Assembly: GCF_009914755.1 (NCBI RefSeq)
Contig: NC_060932.1
From: the human T2T-CHM13v2.0 reference genome, Homo sapiens
Length of the DNA: 64,000 nt
Reading direction: 5' to 3' (one strand)
Made by a program: the position numbers and the translations under genes
The notes under the pieces: generated by a model
What the model saw: only the letters and a program-made list of their open reading frames with translations
What the model was told of the DNA's origin: nothing
Databases searched by the model: none
In this document: positions 55,901 through 64,000 of the stretch, piece by piece
Numbering within the stretch: the stretch's first letter is position 1
Layout: each line of letters opens with the position of its first letter

Positions 55901-56486
55901 GGGGAGGGAAAGGCAACACCGAATCCTTCCATTCCTTCCCTTTCTCTTATCTCTCTAGTCCTCTCTGCTTATGGAGTGGGTTCTCTGGATAGCAGGAGAG
56001 GGAGGAAGGACCAGTGGAGGGGAGGGCGTTGCAGCCCCACCCCAACACACGCACACATGCGCACCTAGGCCTGGGCCACACTGCTCACTGACCACAATCT
56101 TATTCCTTTGTGAAGGGAAGAAGGCTGAGGGTTCCCTGACCCCAGAGATAAAAATCGACCAGGAGTGAAAAGAAGGTGCCTCACATCCAGCTAATACTGT
56201 CAGGAGCCACAGAACTGGCAAGGTGGAAGTGTCCTCTGCCATGGGACAGAGCCTGATCCAGGGCACCCCACAATCAATCCATCAGCACAGACTTATTGAA
56301 CGACTTCTCTGGCCCCAGCAGGGCCAACGGCTGTGGGGAATACAGCAAGACTGCCCCTCCCCTGAAAGCATTTATAGAGTCAAGCGTGTAGCTATGAGAA
56401 GATACTGAAAAAAACAAAGGCACAGGGGGAGAAAGGAAGAGTTGGTACCACTGGATTTCAGGAGTGCAATCAGAGAGGACTTGCTA

Positions 56487-56987
<501 letters not shown>

Positions 56988-57688
56988 TCAAGTGGAGAAG
57001 AACCAAGCCTTGCAGTCTTCAGATTCATGCACCAGGAGCCGCTGAAGGTTTTTGAGCAGGCAACTGACATGATGAGAATAATGTTTTAGGAAGATTGATC
57101 TGATGACTGTGTGAGGGATGGAGACCAGGGGCCAATTAGGAGGTGATTGTAACAGTCCCAGGCAGAGGTAATGAGGGTCCAACAGGGAGTGGCAGTGGGC
57201 GTGGACAGAGGGAGAGGGTTGTCAGAGGCAGTGTAAGGATGAATTGGCATGATGCTGGAACACAGGGAGAGTCGCCAGGCCAAGACAAAGTGACCAGCCT
57301 AGTGGCTCAGCCTTTGTCCTTGGAAAAATAATAATTAAAGTAGCCAAATTTATGGCTAGATACAAGTTAATACTCCTTCAAATTCCTATAATAACTCGAT
57401 GGCTATTATTAGGTACTATTAATAGCCTCATTTTCAAGTGAGAGAGGAGAGGCAAGAGAAGTGATTCAACTGCCCAAGGTCATATTTTAAGTGGCAGAAT
57501 CTGGATTCAAACTCGAGCAGTCAGGATCCAGCACCCCCAACTGGTCAATTCTGTGCCTTGTATCGGACAAGAAAAGTGGCGGCTCTCCAGGCCCACACAT
57601 GTTCATATTCCCCTTCACAACACCTGAGATATCCTCTTCCTCCCTTCCCTATCCACAAATAGTGTGAAAAAAATCATGAGAATCAAAG

Positions 57689-58045
<357 letters not shown>

Positions 58046-58054
58046 TGAGAGTGA

Positions 58055-58390
<336 letters not shown>

Positions 58391-59163
58391 TAAAAACTAA
58401 ATAAAATATTTACTGTGGACCTTGTCTGGCATAAGCTTTGGAGTTCAAGTCTAGAGCCTAGAAAGGATTCTGTCAGGTGCCCAGCTTGGTGCCCAGCTAA
58501 GTGCCCTGGGCCTGGGTCATGCATGAGCTTTTCCAGCCCCTACCTCCCTCCTACTGGCAAGTTGACCCCTCGCCAACATCCCCTCCACACTCCAGATTCC
58601 AGAGTCCCAGCCTGGAAGGAGCACACTAGTCTGGCAATGGAGACCAGCAGGAATTTAAATAAACCATCTGATCCCAAAGAATGAACAGGGCTGCTGGGGC
58701 AGGCTGGGTGGGACTGGGCTAGGAGGGAAGAAATGCATACTGCACTCAGGGCCATTGATTTCTCTAATTGATTTCAGTCAATGTTCTCAGTGCTTCATCA
58801 TTCTCTTTAGAGGTAGGCACCGGCAGGAGGTGGAGCTCTGGTTTTACCCAGCTTCTCCCCAGGGCCTCGCAGACCTCTCTGCAGCCCCACCCATCTCAGG
58901 GAGTCCTGCAAGCCCCAGGGTAGCCCATTAGAGAGGGAGGAACCTGCAGCTGCTGCAGCTCCCATGGGGGTTGGACAGAGTGGGTAGACAGTGGAAGCAG
59001 ATGGGAAGTTGCTCTGACAGGAAGCCATCAAGACCACCTTATGTGACTATTGTACTTCCCGGCTGTACAAAGCATCTTCCACATCCATGATCTTGAAGTC
59101 CTTACAACATCCCTGGGAGGGGGGCGTGAGAGAATTAATTTCCCTTCTCAGACAACAAACTGA

Positions 59164-59513
<350 letters not shown>

Positions 59514-61080
59514 TCAGGGAACAAACTCACTCTTGAAGACCACTCATGACATGACCAAGGTTACAACATAGCCAGCAAGTGGCAGAGCTAAGGACTCATC
59601 CAGTGGGCTTTCCAATTCCAACTTGGCTTCTCTCACAGGCCAGAAATCAGGCATCCACCTACTACAGGCCTGGGCTTCTCTGCTGCTTTGTCCCACAATA
59701 GGGGCTCATGGAGGGCAAGGAAAAAGCACTCAAGTCATCTGGCATCGTCTTTGTGTCATCCAAGACAGACCTGGGAAGGGCTGTTTCTCTGAATTCCTGT
59801 TTCACCAGAAATCCCAGACTTCTCGAGAAAACTGTGAAACCTCATTCCTCGCCTTCCCCCTTCACAGCTGCCCGATAGCAGCAGGAGCTAAGCTAGTAAA
59901 CCACCCTTCTGTTGAGCTATCCTAAGCCTAAAATATCCTAGCTGGGTGTCTGGTCTGCCCCTGCTGCCCCAGAGACACTGCACTCCCTCTGTAGTTGGCA
60001 CTATACTGGCTACACCCCAGCCTTGTCCTGAAGTTGGTGCTGTGTTTGCAGATGAAAGCTGCCTGGAGAAACCTCACAGCTTCTCTTCTGGGCACACACG
60101 CCCACCTCATCTCTCAAGACACTGGCCATCTGCCAGGTACCCGAGGTCAAGGCAGAATCAAGGAAGAGGGACAATGACTCCTCCTGCCAAGCCTTGGGGA
60201 GCCGGCTCCTGCTGCCTGACGCCCCCCGCAGAGAGCTCTCAGTCCCAACAGCTCCACAGGCAGTATCTATTTAGCCAAGGGCTAGGTCTGAGCTGGACTG
60301 TCACTCAAAAGGCACAGGTCCGACTGCAGGACCCAGAGGGCACCTCCCAAGGGGCTGTGGCCAGAAAACAGAAACTAGTGTTTCTCTCTGAGGACACATG
60401 CCTTCCCTGGGCCCAACCCAGAGTTTGGCCAGATGAGCACATTTACCTGTATGCCTACCCTCTCACCTTGACCTTTCATTCTGGAAACTTCTTTTCCCAT
60501 CATCTAGAACTTTCTCTCCTTCCCCCCACTGTCCCCATGCACTCCTGCTTTCCTGGTATCCTATCTCTCTTTCCAGAATAGGAAACCCTGGGTGGCAGAG
60601 CAATGTTTAACCTCAAAGAATGAATTGCTAATGGTAGAATTTTAGTCATCACCTGCTGTAGGTTGGAAGGAGCCCTCCATGACAACAATAATGAACTACC
60701 AGCAAGTGCACGGCCTTCAACAGCCTTCGGTGCTTTTTTCTGCAAGTTTGCCTCCCTTGGGCCTCCCAAGAGCTTTCTGAAATCAGTATCTCTCACATGG
60801 GAAGATGTATAGTCCAGGCATCAAGTGATCTGTCCCACTACGTGACAGCGATCACACAGTCAGGAAGCTGCTGATCTAGGACTGGGCCAAGGTGTCCTAA
60901 CTAACCCCAAATTCCCTATTTGTGAGTTAGCTTTTGCTTAAATGCTTTAGTAAAATAAAATAAAATACTTTTTAATTTTAAGAACAAAGACAATTTCTTA
61001 TAAATATCTCCAGTGACAGGATCTTGTTTGACTCAGGGGCTGCATTCTACATCACAGATAACGCGGACAATTGAGTGGCC

Positions 61081-61581
61081 TTTCTTTCTTTTTTTTTCCT
61101 TTCTTTGCTTTTTTTTTTTTTTTTTTTTTTTGACATGGTCTCACTTTGTCACCCAGGCTGGATTGCAGCGGTGCCATCATAGCTCACTGCAGCTTCAGCC
61201 TCCCCAGGCTCAGGTGATCCTCCCACCTCAGCCTCCCGTCTCTACAAAAGATACAAAAATTAGTTGAGCGTGGAGGTGCACACCTGGCCTGTGTTGACAT
61301 TCGTGCCATTGAGCTGTTGGACTTTCTCAGCTCCCTGGTCCTGCTCATCAGCTCCCTCTCACTCACAGTGGTCACCTATGTTTACATCATCTCCACCATT
61401 CTGAAGATACCCTCAGGCCAAGGTCAATGTAAAGCCTTTGCCACCCGTGCCTCTCACTTTACGGTGGTCTCCATGGGCTATGGGATCTCCATCTTTGTCT
61501 ACTACAGGCGTGCACCTCCATGCCCAGCTAATTTTTGTATCTTTTGTAGAGACGGGGTTTCACCATGTTGCCCAGGCTGGT
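61081..61581 (-). mobile_element. Truncated AluJ-like element disrupted by a complex insertion
   Basis: Antisense Alu runs to ..cagcctccc (61237) and resumes at actacagg (61501); ends ~61581. Confidence 0.9.
61281..61502 (+). pseudogene. OR6R2P: Olfactory receptor gene fragment (ECL2-TM5-ICL3-TM6, family-6-like), inserted in an Alu
   Basis: 74 open codons [74 protein letters not shown]. They carry the OR motifs LAC.D, (S/T)Y..I...IL.I.S and KAFSTCxSH (here KAFATRASH). No start codon or other TM segments. The symbol is from my recollection of an OR6R pseudogene beside GFRA2 and is less certain than the OR call. Confidence 0.85.
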
Positions 61582-63041
61582 GAGTGGTTTTTCCTTATGC
61601 CAATATGGAATTTGCCTTTCCATAACTCCCATGTCCACAAGGATCCAGTATATGGGGAGGATCCTGGAAGTCCCTCAGACTGCAGTGGCCTTTGGGCAGA
61701 AAGCAGCATGTCTGCCCCTGAAGTGCTGGCTGTTGTGGATGCTGTTTGCTTTCAACAACAGCAGGCTGCTCCTTGCCACAACGAGCAGCTACAGTTCCCC
61801 CTCCTACTCCCCAGCAAAAGTCACCATAGTCACCATCACGTCCAGTCCACACAGTGGGCTCCAGGATGGGACATTCCCAGGGGTACAGGCACCTGCTGCC
61901 TCCCCACTACAAAAGGCAGTCTGCACTCCCCCAAGCAATGAAGCCCAGGATTCTGCAGTCTTCCCTTGCCCTGGGATGGGCCCAGCCTTTCATATTCTTC
62001 CTACCTGACTCCTGGGAGAACATCCCACCCAGCATTATGGAAAGAGGCTTGGACAAGGGTTTGAGTTCTAGCTTTGACCCCAGACATGCTGCCAGCCCAG
62101 AAAAGAGTTCAGCACAGTCTGGGGTAGCGCAATGCCCATGGTCAGCCCTCAGGAAGGATTTCCTAGTGGAAAGAAAGAAAAAGGAAGCAAGAGAGGGAGG
62201 GAAAGAGGGAGGGAGGGATGTGTGTACTGTTGAATCTCAGTGCTCTCCTCATCTCTGCTCCAACCTAACTCCCGAAATTCATCTTCCATCCAGTTCACCT
62301 CATGGAATGAGCCAGCAAGGTACACTTGGATTCAGCCACCCGCTCTGCCACCAGCTGACCATGTGACTTTAGTTCCTCTAGGATAACAGTCCTCTACCCT
62401 GCCCTTGTCACAAGGGACAAGGATGATCAAATGAGACACTGAATATGACTATGCTTTGAAATGTAAGCAATGCCCTGCAGACGTAAGAACCTGTTGACTT
62501 TTCCAGGCAGCCCACATCCCATGGTGAGTTCTGGGGACCACCCTTCGCTATCTGTTTCAGGATGAGTACCCCCTGCCCACTGCACTACTTGGGACAGCTT
62601 TTGCTACTCCAGTGACTCGGTGCTCCTTTGTAAAAAGGAACTTTCCCTTTTCACAGGTGAGAATACTGAGGCCTCCAGGTCCTGCTGTGTATGCTTCTCT
62701 TAGCTCTTCTTGCACTCTGTTGAAGTCTCCCATTCTTATCTGTACTCTTCACTCAACTCAAAGCTCTGTTCGAACATGACCTACATCCTCTTCATCACCA
62801 TAGCCTTAGGGGCTGGCCCATGATAACTGCCCAATGAGTGTAGAATGAATGAATGGGCAAATGATGCCTCTAACCCAATATAACCTTAGCACAGGGTCTG
62901 AGGCCCAGGATCACTAGCCTAGTTCAAACCACTTATCTACTTGTTTGGGAGTCACTAGGGTCTAACTGACCCACACAATAAATGCTTCTCTTTCCTCCCC
63001 TTCCGTTCTCTTTAGTGAAAATTGATATATCTGACCAGAGG

Positions 63042-63316
<275 letters not shown>

Positions 63317-64000
63317 TGACCAGAGGATTTTTTAAACATTTAAGTTCTTTTTAATTCAAGCTAGATTGACTTATGCTCTTGACTTTAAAGTCTAATTCTA
63401 TAAAGACTCAGTCCATTCATGGGAGCCAGACTCATTAGAATTCCCAGTCCACACAATAAACTGCCTTATTCTTACCTGTTAGCAGTGTGATCCCCTGCCC
63501 ACCACCCTCCAGCCTAGTGAACCAAGTCACTTGTTAGTCTGAAGAAACAAAGGGGTTGCAGTCCTCAAGCTAATCCCCCTGAAGTGGGAGATGAAGGCAT
63601 GGCCCATAACGAGCTGGCAACAGTCCTGGAAACACAGGGCTCCCCCAACAAGAAGCCTGTGTCCTCTGCAGACAAACCAAGCAAGGCTCTCGGGGTGGGA
63701 GATCAAGAGCTGGTGGCTTCTAAATAAAGGAAAAGGTAGAGCTGGCCTTGTGCCCTCCCACAGGTAGTCAGAGCCTCTGTACCTCTGGCCCCCTGGTGTT
63801 CCCATTGCATGGTGCACTTTGGCTAGGGGACATCTCCAGCTTCTAACCTCACCTTCCACCAAATGAGTCTGCTCTCCCATTTCCTTTCAGCCAGCTGCCA
63901 CCTTGGAAGACAGTCTTGTAAACGGATCCTAAGGGAAGTGATCATCTATTTATTTTAAGAGTTACTGGTGTAGTAAACTCTTTTTCCAGAACCAGCAAAA

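Noticed and set aside
59946-60860. 211-aa ORF and possible further OR-like remnants upstream of the OR fragment
   Set aside because: No OR motifs (PMYFFL, MAYDRYVAIC) or other family signature found by eye.

Overview
Primate (human-like) genomic DNA containing the 5' half of GFRA2 (GDNF family receptor alpha-2, the neurturin co-receptor) on the minus strand. It holds a CpG-island promoter (~51.2-54.2 kb) and coding exons 1-4 (51950-51989, 46415-46729, 38797-38880, 12159-12513). These total 794 nt, all have canonical GT-AG sites and join in one reading frame. The remaining exons lie beyond position 1. The rest is intronic or upstream DNA rich in Alu, L2, MIR, MaLR LTR, L1 and hAT relics and simple repeats; repeat family calls and most boundaries are by eye. 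I see no new multi-gene system. Four structures stand out. (1) An ~870-bp near-perfect MIR-derived foldback (10749-11615) lies ~0.55 kb into intron 4; most of its arm differences read as G.U wobble pairs in the GFRA2-sense RNA. (2) A 222-bp olfactory-receptor fragment sits inside an Alu, between a 52-bp inverted copy of that Alu and the original segment, with junction microhomologies (61235-61556). (3) Exon 3 begins GTGAGG, so an exon1-exon3 junction recreates a strong 5' splice site, a possible recursive route to the short isoform. (4) A 2.9-kb block that is UG-rich on the sense strand has an in-frame candidate cryptic exon just upstream.
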